Source: Octopus bimaculoides (taxonomy: Eukaryota). From it: a stretch of DNA of 40,677 nucleotides. The position numbers and the translations under genes are program-made. Below the pieces are notes generated by a model. It saw only the letters and a list, made by a program, of their open reading frames with translations. It made no database searches and was not told the origin of the DNA. Location of the stretch: assembly GCF_001194135.2 (NCBI RefSeq), contig NC_068981.1:183605909-183646585 (forward strand), written 5' to 3'. Positions 24,244 to 34,433 of this stretch are shown in pieces (positions within the stretch are counted from its first letter, which is position 1; each line of letters starts with the position of its first letter).

Positions 24244-24952
24244 TTTAGCATTTCAATTTGTACATCTGTACTTCCGAATGCGTACAAGCGTGTATGTAAA
24301 ACGACGTCCTTTATTTTTTAATCATTATCTGCTGATATCAAAATAAGTATTATATTGAAAAATAAAAATATTTTCGGGGGCGCGCATTTGTGACTCCAAT
24401 GGCCAAAATGGGTTGAGAACCTTTGTTATAGAGTATCAACGATTTCTGTAGGACTGAAATATTTTCTGGACCAGAAGTGAAGAACCAGCCTTTGAAATAT
24501 GTGTGTGTGTGTGTGTGTTTATCAGTGGCGTATGGTTCTTGTTGTATTGGTTATGCTTCCACACCCAATGCCACCAAATTTCAAGCAAGGGTATAATAAA
24601 AGTTTTCGATTAAGATTTGTGATTAAATTAATGAGTAAGGTTAATTATTTATAATGAATTTGCCATTTTCGATGGATGTGCAGCGCACACTTAGTACACC
24701 CGGAATATACGCCCCTGACATATATATGTGCATATGTGAATGTGTATTTGTGTGGTGTCTTCGTGTGTGCGTGTGCGTATATGTGTTTAAGTGTGTATGT
24801 AGGTGTTTATGTGTGTGTTTGTGCGTGTGTGCCTGTGTGTGAGAGAGAGAGATAAAGAGAAAGCATGTGTGTAAGCCTTTACTAACGTATTAATCCGAAA
24901 GATGTCTATATATATATTTTTAGTCTTCTTCGAGGTGTACTTTTTTTTTTTA

Positions 24953-25336
24953 GTGGAGGCGCAATGGCCCAGTGGTTAAGGCAGCGGACTCGCGGTCATA
25001 GGATCGCGGTTTCGATTCCCAGACCAGGCGTTGTGAGTGTTTATTGAGCGAAAACACCTAAAGCTCCACGAGGCTCCGGCAGAGGATGGTGGCGAACCCT
25101 GCTGTACTCTTCCACCACAACTTTCTCTCACTCTTTCTTCCTGTTTCTGTTGTGCCTGTAATTCAAAGGGTCAGCCTTGTCACACTGTGTCACGCTGAAT
25201 ATCCCCGAGAACTACGTTAAGGGTACACGTGTCTGTGGAGTGCTCAGCCACTTGCACGTTAATTTCACGAGCAGGCTGTTCCGTTGATCGGATCAACTGG
25301 AACCCTCGACGTCGTAAGCGACGGAGTGCCAACAAC
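24953..25336 (+). mobile_element. tRNA-derived SINE, group C, full length and young
   Basis: GTGGAGGCGCAATGGCCCAGTGGTT (A box), GGTTTCGATTCCC (B box), tail GACGGAGTGCCAACAAC, inserted in a T-run present on both sides. Highly similar to 31016-31899. Confidence 0.9.
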
Positions 25337-25637
25337 TTTTTTTTAATCTCAAGCTCTATTTCCGTGTCTTACAGTATTTCTTATAGTTTATAGCCCTTCT
25401 TTTCACAAATTCACGTCGTGCATCGACTTGTAAAATAGTTGGGTTTTTTTGTCTTTTTTATGCAGCTACGAGTTGAGTTTCTTTGTAACTTGGTATTTCT
25501 TTGTCTGTTTGACTTGCAAATTAACTGCCGCACATTTGAAATTTCCTCTTCTTTACAATTAGGGTCTCATTCCTTTACTCTCTTTCAATGATTTTTATTC
25601 ATTAGTTCACATCATTATTTCTCTGCTCCCGCTCCTC

Positions 25638-25868
25638 AAGGCGGCGAACTAGCAGAATCGTCAGCACCCCGGACAAAATGCTTCGCAGTACTGCTTCTAG
25701 CATTACGTTCTGAGTTCGAATTCCACCAAGGTCGACTTTGCTTTCTATCCTTTCAGGGGTCGATGAAATAAGCACCAGCTGAGCACTGGTGGGGGAGGTA
25801 GTCGATGTAATCGACTAGCCCCCTCCTCCACATTTCAGGCCTTGTGCCTATAGTAGAAAGGATTATTA
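25638..25868 (+). mobile_element. SINE group A, full length
   Basis: AAGGCGGCGAACTAGCAGAATCG head, GAGTTCGAATTCC B box, CTTGTGCCTATAGTAGAAAGGATTATT tail. Confidence 0.85.
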
Positions 25869-26041
25869 CTTCGTTTCCCGAACCGTTCTCTCTCTCTCTT
25901 TCCCATGAGAGTATCATATATAAACAAATAAAACGGAGAATATAAAGCAAACGGTTAACCACCTTTGTATTTTTTCAAGAAAGTTCCCTGACAAACCCAT
26001 AGTATACTAACAGTACGATAACAAAAAAAAAGAACGATTAA

Positions 26042-26330
26042 CGTCACCCTTTCAAAGCCTAGCCAGGCTCATGGGCCCGGTTTCCCGGTATCTATGGGTT
26101 CCCCCCAGCTGGACGGGACGCCAGTCCATCGCAGCGTTACTCAAGAAACAGGGAGAGAAAGTTGGGGCGAAAGAGTACAACAGGGGGTCGCCACCACTCC
26201 CTGCCGGAGCCTCATGGAGCTTTAGGTGTTTTCGCTCAATAAACACTCACAACGCCCGGTCTGGGAATCGAAACCGCGATCCTCCGACCGCGAGTCCGCT
26301 GCCCTAACCACTGGGCCATTGCGCCTCCAC
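26042..26330 (-). mobile_element. SINE with group C head and a different 3' module
   Basis: First about 175 bp is roughly 90 percent identical to 24953-25127 by eye, then switches to GCTGCGATGGACTGGCGTCCCGTCCAG...GGCTAGGCTTTGAAAGGG. Confidence 0.85.
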
Positions 26331-26373
26331 AACAGTACGATAGTGGCAAAGAATTAACCAAGGATTGTTTGTC

Positions 26374-27206
26374 NNNNNNNNNNNNNNNNNNNNNNNNNNN
26401 NNNNNNNNNNNNNNNNNNNNNNNNNNNNNNNNNNNNNNNNNNNNNNNNNNNNNNNNNNNNNNNNNNNNNNNNNNNNNNNNNNNNNNNNNNNNNNNNNNNN
26501 NNNNNNNNNNNNNNNNNNNNNNNNNNNNNNNNNNNNNNNNNNNNNNNNNNNNNNNNNNNNNNNNNNNNNNNNNNNNNNNNNNNNNNNNNNNNNNNNNNNN
26601 NNNNNNNNNNNNNNNNNNNNNNNNNNNNNNNNNNNNNNNNNNNNNNNNNNNNNNNNNNNNNNNNNNNNNNNNNNNNNNNNNNNNNNNNNNNNNNNNNNNN
26701 NNNNNNNNNNNNNNNNNNNNNNNNNNNNNNNNNNNNNNNNNNNNNNNNNNNNNNNNNNNNNNNNNNNNNNNNNNNNNNNNNNNNNNNNNNNNNNNNNNNN
26801 NNNNNNNNNNNNNNNNNNNNNNNNNNNNNNNNNNNNNNNNNNNNNNNNNNNNNNNNNNNNNNNNNNNNNNNNNNNNNNNNNNNNNNNNNNNNNNNNNNNN
26901 NNNNNNNNNNNNNNNNNNNNNNNNNNNNNNNNNNNNNNNNNNNNNNNNNNNNNNNNNNNNNNNNNNNNNNNNNNNNNNNNNNNNNNNNNNNNNNNNNNNN
27001 NNNNNNNNNNNNNNNNNNNNNNNNNNNNNNNNNNNNNNNNNNNNNNNNNNNNNNNNNNNNNNNNNNNNNNNNNNNNNNNNNNNNNNNNNNNNNNNNNNNN
27101 NNNNNNNNNNNNNNNNNNNNNNNNNNNNNNNNNNNNNNNNNNNNNNNNNNNNNNNNNNNNNNNNNNNNNNNNNNNNNNNNNNNNNNNNNNNNNNNNNNNN
27201 NNNNNN
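26374..27206. other. Large assembly gap (similar large gaps at 29871-30784 and 34434-35149, plus many smaller ones)
   Basis: Runs of N, mostly bordered by (TA)n, (GATA)n or poly-T. Missing exons could lie inside them. Confidence 0.99.
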
Positions 27207-27217
27207 ATATATATAAA

Positions 27218-27956
27218 CAGGGGTTGGACAAAATAATGGAAACACCTTAAAATTTCAAACAAATTTATTTTAAAATGGGGTAGGACCGCCTTTGGCAGTA
27301 ATTACAGCTTGAATTATATGAGGTATAGACTCGTACAAAGTTTGAATTGTTTCCAAAAGAATGTTTGTCCATTCTTCAGCTAAAACAGTCTCCAGTTCTT
27401 GTAGTGATGATGGTGGAGGATATCGACTCCTTACTTGTTTTTCTAAAATGCACCATAAATGTTCAATAATATTGAGATCTGGGGACTGTGGTGGTTAGAC
27501 AAGATGTTCAACTTCACTAGAATGTTCCTCGTGCCATTCAGTAACAACCTTGGCTGTGTGAATCGGTGCATTATCATCCTGAAAGATTGCGTTTCCCTCC
27601 GGAGTTTTGTTTCGACGAGGAGTTTTTTTCCCCCTTTCTCAAAGGCTGTCATTACTTTCGAGACAGTACTTCTTGATACACCAAACATTTCGGCTGTTTT
27701 CGTTACGCTGGCACCTACTATATGAGCACCAACAATTTGATCTCTTAGAAAGTCCGATAGATCTGTGATCTTAATGAATTTTAATTACCTTTTTCTGATG
27801 ATATCTGAAAAGAAACAGCAATTTTAGCAAAACATATTAAGCAACACTAATAATAAATCAAATAACATAAAAATGAACAAGCTTTTGACGGTTTTAGATA
27901 TTTCAAAATTATGATGCTATGATGCTAGGTGTTTTCATTATACTGTCCAACCCCTG
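27218..27956 (-). mobile_element. Internally deleted Tc1-like transposon with D36E spacing
   Basis: TIRs CAGGGGTTGGACAAAATAATGGAAACACCT and AGGTGTTTTCATTATACTGTCCAACCCCTG followed by TA. The minus strand encodes an N-terminal HTH (GASVTKTAEMFGVSRSTVSKVMTAF) fused out of frame to AIFQDDNAPIHTAK...V*PPQSPDLNIIEHLW. Confidence 0.92.
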
Positions 27957-28067
27957 TATATAGGCGCGTATATATATATATATATATATATACATGCGTG
28001 TGTGTGTGTTAATGTTTATTCTTTAACTAACGCAATATATTCAATAATATTCTTTCTTTCCCTCCAG

Positions 28068-28184
28068 CCGATGGTGTCCTTATTTCCGAAGCCGTTTGAT
28101 GCCATGTTTGGAAGTTAGTGGACATGAAACTTACCTATCGAGGAATTGGCACCACTGCACTGGCTACAGATGTGCTAAATATAA
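28068..28184 (+). CDS. Internal exon encoding the N-terminal half of an EMI domain (EMILIN/multimerin/EMID-type extracellular protein)
   Basis: Branch point TAACTAAC near 28024-28031, TTCTTTCTTTCCCTCCAG acceptor, AA|GTAAGT donor. 117 nt, phase 2-2, with only one open frame: RWCPYFRSRLMPCLEVSGHETYLSRNWHHCTGYRCAKY. The W-C-x-Y start, G-x-E-T motif and four Cys match EMI C1-C4. Confidence 0.8.
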
Positions 28185-28199
28185 GTAAGTATTACTCTC

Positions 28200-28460
28200 T
28201 TAATAACAATCATCAGGCATCATCATCATTATCATCGTCATCATCGTCATCATTTTAGTCATTGTCATCATTTTAGTCATCGTCATCATCATTAACAACA
28301 TCAACAGCACCATCAAAGTCATCGCGAAAAGCGTCATCATCGTCGTCACATCCAACGTCGCCAGCGTCGTCCTCATCATGGCATTTATCACCATTGTTAT
28401 CGTCATCATCAGCATCATCATCAACATCGTCATCGTCGTCATCATTATCACCATCAACAG

Positions 28461-28507
<47 letters not shown>

Positions 28508-28724
28508 ACAGCAACTACATCAACACCATTGCCACTGATATCATAGTTATCGTTACCAACATCAATACCGTCACATTCATCGTCATCATCATCATCATCC
28601 TCATACTCAATCCAAACGATTAATATTATTATAATGGTGTCCATTTTTATAATTATTGTTCTTTTATTTTTTTAATGTCTTTATTATTCTTATTCCTATT
28701 ATTATTATTATTGTAGTTGTTGCT

Positions 28725-28790
<66 letters not shown>
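28200..28790. repeat. Imperfect (CAT)n/(CGT)n tract followed by (ATT)n and (AGT)n
   Basis: Direct reading. Starts about 15 bp after the exon donor. Confidence 0.92.
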
Positions 28791-28792
<2 letters not shown>

Positions 28793-29389
28793 TAAAACAC
28801 CGTTAACGGCGGTGGTTGTGTCACGTGGCTGGATGGCGTTGAGCCCAACACACGACGCCATTTATGTCGCTATGAATGAAGTAGTGCAATTCATGTCAAG
28901 ATTTTTGCTATGGGACCGTTTTTGTTTTCATATTATTTCATTTTATTTTACGAAAAGAATTAGTCGTTGCCTGATCAAAATACGATATCGTTGGGAGTCT
29001 GAATGAAACGATTGGGCACTGCTGTTTGGTCGCTTATTATTTGGCACGACTGACTGAATATTCAACATGTTTTGGTGACGGTACTTTTCTTGGCACTGGA
29101 GTCACACACGCACACGTGCACGCTCACACTTATATGCACGTACACACACGCACGCACATATATATACATACGGATAGAGAGAGAGGGGGGATAGAGTGGC
29201 ATGACAAGCTTATTAATTGTACAAAATTATCATAAACAATTTCCTTCACCACATATGCATAAGGAAATATGCTAAATCACGTAAAGAGAGTAAGAGAAAG
29301 AGAGGAGGGTGAACGAGAGAAAGATTAAAACGTCTGATGTCAAATAAGTCAGCCAAAACGACTGAGCCAAAACGTTTCATATCCGTTTA

Positions 29390-29850
29390 GAGTATTAAAA
29401 ATCGGAGGTGGTCGGCTCAGTTTTGAACAAAATAAACCATCAGGTTATGTACGGTCTGTCCTAACAGTGGGGAATATTGAAACCTTCAGACGCTTTACTG
29501 TAAACAGTCGTTCTTTTTCTATGTCGGAGCGTAACACTGCACCAACTATTTCAGGTCGTAGTCTGCGAAAGATATTGTAACTTGATTTAGATTATGGTTG
29601 TGGAAGAAATATTTCAACGTGATAGGTAAGACCGGAAAACATTGGAAGAAAAAAACATGATTGCAATGTGGATGTACGACATGGTTTCTCATGAGTGACG
29701 AGGCGTATTTCCATCTGTCTGGTTGTGTAATTAAGCAAAACAGTTATTGGTCGAAAGCAATCTACAGTAACCTTTGTGAACGTCCCTTTCAATGTGAACG
29801 TGTAACAGAGTCGTGCTGTGTGACAAACTTCAGTATGAAAGACCCATTTT
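29390..29850 (+). mobile_element. Decayed Tc1/mariner-superfamily transposase fragment, DD41D (rosa/Visitor)-type
   Basis: GSVLNK...SGYVRSVLTVGNIET, SLRKIL*LDLD, and FLMSDEAYFHLSGCVIKQN-YWS...LCERPFQCERVT resemble the SDEAHFHLSGxVNKQN...LHERPLHSERVTVW signature. The rest is lost in the 29871-30784 gap, so triad spacing cannot be counted. Confidence 0.72.
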
Positions 29851-30904
29851 TTTTTTTTTTTTTTTTTTTTNNNNNNNNNNNNNNNNNNNNNNNNNNNNNN
29901 NNNNNNNNNNNNNNNNNNNNNNNNNNNNNNNNNNNNNNNNNNNNNNNNNNNNNNNNNNNNNNNNNNNNNNNNNNNNNNNNNNNNNNNNNNNNNNNNNNNN
30001 NNNNNNNNNNNNNNNNNNNNNNNNNNNNNNNNNNNNNNNNNNNNNNNNNNNNNNNNNNNNNNNNNNNNNNNNNNNNNNNNNNNNNNNNNNNNNNNNNNNN
30101 NNNNNNNNNNNNNNNNNNNNNNNNNNNNNNNNNNNNNNNNNNNNNNNNNNNNNNNNNNNNNNNNNNNNNNNNNNNNNNNNNNNNNNNNNNNNNNNNNNNN
30201 NNNNNNNNNNNNNNNNNNNNNNNNNNNNNNNNNNNNNNNNNNNNNNNNNNNNNNNNNNNNNNNNNNNNNNNNNNNNNNNNNNNNNNNNNNNNNNNNNNNN
30301 NNNNNNNNNNNNNNNNNNNNNNNNNNNNNNNNNNNNNNNNNNNNNNNNNNNNNNNNNNNNNNNNNNNNNNNNNNNNNNNNNNNNNNNNNNNNNNNNNNNN
30401 NNNNNNNNNNNNNNNNNNNNNNNNNNNNNNNNNNNNNNNNNNNNNNNNNNNNNNNNNNNNNNNNNNNNNNNNNNNNNNNNNNNNNNNNNNNNNNNNNNNN
30501 NNNNNNNNNNNNNNNNNNNNNNNNNNNNNNNNNNNNNNNNNNNNNNNNNNNNNNNNNNNNNNNNNNNNNNNNNNNNNNNNNNNNNNNNNNNNNNNNNNNN
30601 NNNNNNNNNNNNNNNNNNNNNNNNNNNNNNNNNNNNNNNNNNNNNNNNNNNNNNNNNNNNNNNNNNNNNNNNNNNNNNNNNNNNNNNNNNNNNNNNNNNN
30701 NNNNNNNNNNNNNNNNNNNNNNNNNNNNNNNNNNNNNNNNNNNNNNNNNNNNNNNNNNNNNNNNNNNNNNNNNNNNNNNNNNNNTTTTATATTGTCTTCA
30801 TTATAAAACCTTATATTAAGTTTTTATTTTTAAAACAATTTTACATTGAGCTGAAGGATTACTCAATATCTTTTGTAGATACAAATTTATTATTCTTCAA
30901 AAAT

Positions 30905-30990
30905 AATGTTTGATAGTGACTTCGAAAGATGGCTAAGCTGGTCGAAACTTCGAAGTCACTGTCGATATTATTCTTGTTAAAGAATGATAA
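30905..30990 (+). repeat. Stem-loop with hammerhead-like 3' half, possibly a Penelope-like terminal remnant
   Basis: 12-bp perfect inverted repeat AGTGACTTCGAA (30915-30926) / TTCGAAGTCACT (30949-30960) around AGATGGCTAAGCTGGTCGAAAC. Confidence 0.4.
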
Positions 30991-31015
30991 ATACGTATGT
31001 GTATATAAATAGACA

Positions 31016-31899
31016 GTGAAGGCGCAATGGCCCAGTGGTTAGGGCAGCGAACTCGCGGTCATAGGATCGCGGTTTCGATTCCCAGACCGGGCGTTGTGAG
31101 TGTTTATTGAGCGAAAACACCTTCCTGTTTCTTTTGTGCCTGTAACTGAAAGGGCCAGCCTTGTCACTCTGTGTCACGCTGAATATCCCCAAGAACTAGG
31201 TAAAGGGTACACGTGTCTGTGGAGTGCTCAGGGATCTTTTTTAAAACGGGGCCACATTTTTCATTAATGAAACACTTTAAAACTTGGAACACTGGTAGAA
31301 TGTGTCATATAAAACATCTTTTTCTCTTAGTCTTCTTAAAAAAAAAAAGAAATCCCTAAGTTATTCCATGTTAAAGTTGTCGTATTTCTGTAATTTCAAC
31401 CAATCACTGACGTCCATTCAGCCGATATACATTAAGTGCCGACTACATAAACAAACGATTCTGAAACAATTCTATCGGTGATAGGGTTAGGGTTAGGGTT
31501 AGGGTAAAACAGCAAATTTAAAAAGAAAAAAGCAAAACGAAGCTATGGAAATTAAATACGCTTTACACCGCTTAATCAGCCAAAGGAGTAAATGTAAACA
31601 ACTGAATACTTGTCAGTGATTGGTTGAAATTATCGAAATAAGACAATTTTTTACATGAAATAAATTCGAATACAAAAATATTTTTCCGTTCTATAACACA
31701 AAATAGATAAGTATACGAAGTTTGAAAGTCTTTCGGTACCAAAAACACTACGTAAAACATTAATGAAAAATGTGGCCCCCGTTTTAAAAAAGATCCGTGC
31801 TCAGCCACTTGCACGTTAATTTCACGAGCAGGCTGTTTGTTCCGTTGATCGGATCAACTGGAACCCTCGACGTCGTAAGCGACGGAGTGCCAACAACAA
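31016..31899 (+). mobile_element. SINE group C with internal deletion, split by a MITE
   Basis: Matches 24953-25336 but lacks about 85 bp after AAAACACC and is interrupted at GTGCTCAG by 31232-31796. Confidence 0.9.
31232..31796. mobile_element. 565-bp MITE with 8-bp TSD and GG...CC ends (Merlin-like)
   Basis: TSD GTGCTCAG at 31224-31231 and 31797-31804. About 38-bp TIRs GGATCTTTTTTAAAACGGGGCCACATTTTTCATTAATG. The empty site is visible at 25240-25247. Confidence 0.9.
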
Positions 31900-32514
31900 T
31901 AGATAGACAGAAAGAAAGAGAGGGGGAGAGAGAGAGAGAGAGATATAAATTCCTCTGTGTGTGTATATGTGTGTGTATGTGTGTGAGAGAGATGGGGTGG
32001 GAGTTTACTTCCGCACAGATTGTTCGGCTGCCATCTGGCCTGTTATTCTTTGTTCTAATTGAACAACTGAAATAATAGTTTCATTGTTGGTTGTTACTAT
32101 AGCTACAAGACAGGTAACGCCCCTTAGTGTAGCCATGTCTTGATACTCAGACGAAGAGTTCAGACCCTTACGAGCAGCTCCCTAATCGATTCTCCGCCTG
32201 CTTCCGGTAGTAGGAGTGACTGCTGTAGACCCAGTTCTGACATAAACTTTCACCTTGTTACTATCAGACACGTTGGCACCAATACCCGGTGGTCCTTTGG
32301 CTGCTCTTCCTCTGCCCATGGAGTACACGGATTTCCTGTAATTCAAAAGACAATTCTTGTCACACACTGTGTTTGCACTGAGCCAGATTTGGGGATTACG
32401 TAAAAAGGCACAATTGTCTGCGAAGCACTCAGAAATAAATTTACAATATAATTCTAAGAAAAATAGGTACATAGTAAGTACCGTGTCGAGTCGTAGGACT
32501 CACAGAGCAAGTTA

Positions 32515-32730
32515 CCCGGCTTCCAGTGGGTATAAGCAACCGAGATCACATTCCCTCTGAGAGGGACGCCAGTCTGTCACAGGATTACTCATTTACGGCT
32601 AGGTGGACCGAAGCAATGTGAAATGAGGTGTTTTGCTCGAGAACACAAAGCGCTGCCTGGTCCGGAAATCGAAACCACAACCTTGCTATTGTGAGTGCAA
32701 CATCCTAATCACTAGGCCACACACCTTCAC
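32515..32730 (-). mobile_element. SINE group B head with GACTGGCGTCCC-type 3' module
   Basis: Minus GTGAAGGTGTGTGGCCTAGTGATTAG...GGTTTCGATTTCC...CTCGAGCAAAACACCT, then CCTGTGACAGACTGGCGTCCCTCTCAG. Confidence 0.75.
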
Positions 32731-32854
32731 TCAGAGAGATAGAAGCAGAGTGCAGTTGCCGGTGTGTTGAAGACTGTCAAATGGACTCTTCCTGTCATTC
32801 AACCAGCTTTATCAACTTGCGGTTTGTTACATGGGGCCTACTAGACGAATAATT

Positions 32855-33277
32855 CTTTTCTACTCTAGGCACAAGGCCCGAAATTTGGGGGGAAGGGGGA
32901 AGTTGATTAGATCGACCCAGTACACAACTGGTGCTTAATTTATCAACCCCGAAAGGATGAAAAGCAAAGTCAACCTCGGCAGAATTTGAACTCAGAACGT
33001 AGAGACAGGCGAAATACAGCTAAGCATTTCGCCCAGCATTTCTTATTTCTTTATCGCCCATAAGGGGCTAAACATAGAGGGGACAAACAAGGACAGACAA
33101 AGGAATTAAGTTGATTATATCGACCCCCAGTGCGTAACTGGTATTTAATTTATCGACCCCGAAAGGATGAAAATCAAAGTCGACTTCAGCGGAATTTGAA
33201 CTCAGAACGCAACGGCAGACGAAATACCGCTAGGCATTTCGCCCAGCGTGCTAACGTTTCTGCCAGCTCGTTGCCTT
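32855..33277 (-). mobile_element. Dimeric group A SINE bounded by one 17-bp target-site duplication
   Basis: CTACTAGACGAATAATT (32838-32854) and CTACTTGACGAATAATT (33278-33294) flank a long-tail monomer and a head-less short-tail monomer. Confidence 0.85.
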
Positions 33278-33323
33278 CTACTTGACGAATAATTAAAGAT
33301 ACAAATGTATGCGGAATACACAT

Positions 33324-33480
33324 GTGGAAGCGCGTGGCTTAGTCGTTAGTGTGTTGGACTCTTGATCATAAGATTGTGGTTTCGATTCCTGGACTGGGCG
33401 ATGCGTTGTATTCTTGAGCAAAACACTTCATTTCACATTGCTCCACTCCTCACATTGGCGAAAATAAGTAATCATGCGAT
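33324..33480 (+). mobile_element. SINE group B, 5' portion, diverged
   Basis: GTGGAAGCGCGTGGCTTAGTCGTTAG...GGTTTCGATTCCT...TTCTTGAGCAAAACACTT. Confidence 0.75.
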
Positions 33481-34253
33481 GACATGAATACTCAACCGCT
33501 TATTAAATATTTTATCTTTTAGTCAGGAGGAAAGGACGCGTCAATGGCCGTTTACAGAGCTTCCGATACTAGAGGGAGAGAGACACGGAGAAACGCATGT
33601 TACACAATACTGGATTAGCCATTATTTAATTTTGAAAAATAAAATTTATTTTATGGTTTATTATTTTTTATATTTTAAATTTTATATATATATATATATG
33701 GTGCGCCAAAATATTTTTTAAGTGGTTAGGTCCGCTCAAGTTCTTAATCTGGCCCTGATGTTACAGAATGGACTTCGCTAAGGGTACCTTGATACCAAGT
33801 GTGGTTTTTAAACCGGGTGACTTAATCCGTCACCCCGTTCAAATTCTATACTGGGATTTGAACTCAGAATTCAAAGAGCCAAAAGAAATACCACCACCAC
33901 CATCACCACCAAGCATTCAGCCCGACTGTTGTTATAGTTTCGCCAATCTACCGCATTCGATTGGTAGTATTTTATCGATCACGAAAGAATAAAAAGCAAT
34001 TTTGGCCCAATCGGTATTTGAAATCGGAGAATAGACACCTGGAAAAAATACCACTAGGCATGTTATTGAATGCTCTGTCGATTATTGCCAATCTGCTGCC
34101 TAATATAACGGGTCGATGGCTCGGTTGATCTATAGCACATCGTTAAAACCGACTTGAAACCAATCAAAAGGATTAGTCTTATCTGTCTTTTTATCTCATG
34201 ATTAAGCTAATATGATCGATTAATAAATTATATACTATACACATGCACGCACG

Positions 34254-34303
<50 letters not shown>

Positions 34304-34386
34304 CATACATACATACACATACATGTATATGTGTATACATATATGATTATATATTTATATATATATGTATATATATTATGTGTGTT

Positions 34387-34433
<47 letters not shown>

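Noticed and set aside
24953-25030. tRNA genes at SINE heads (also 4680-4756, 26255-26330, 31016-31090, 33324-33395)
   Set aside because: A and B boxes are present but each runs into a shared SINE body with no Pol III terminator, and copies are dispersed and mutated.
28273-28644. Asp-rich minus-strand ORF resembling an acidic biomineralisation protein
   Set aside because: Imperfect (GAT)n tract directly behind the donor of the plus-strand exon; the other frames give equally long poly-Met and poly-Ile ORFs.
31482-31505. Telomere or chromosome-fusion scar
   Set aside because: Only about four units, and they sit inside a TIR- and TSD-bounded MITE.
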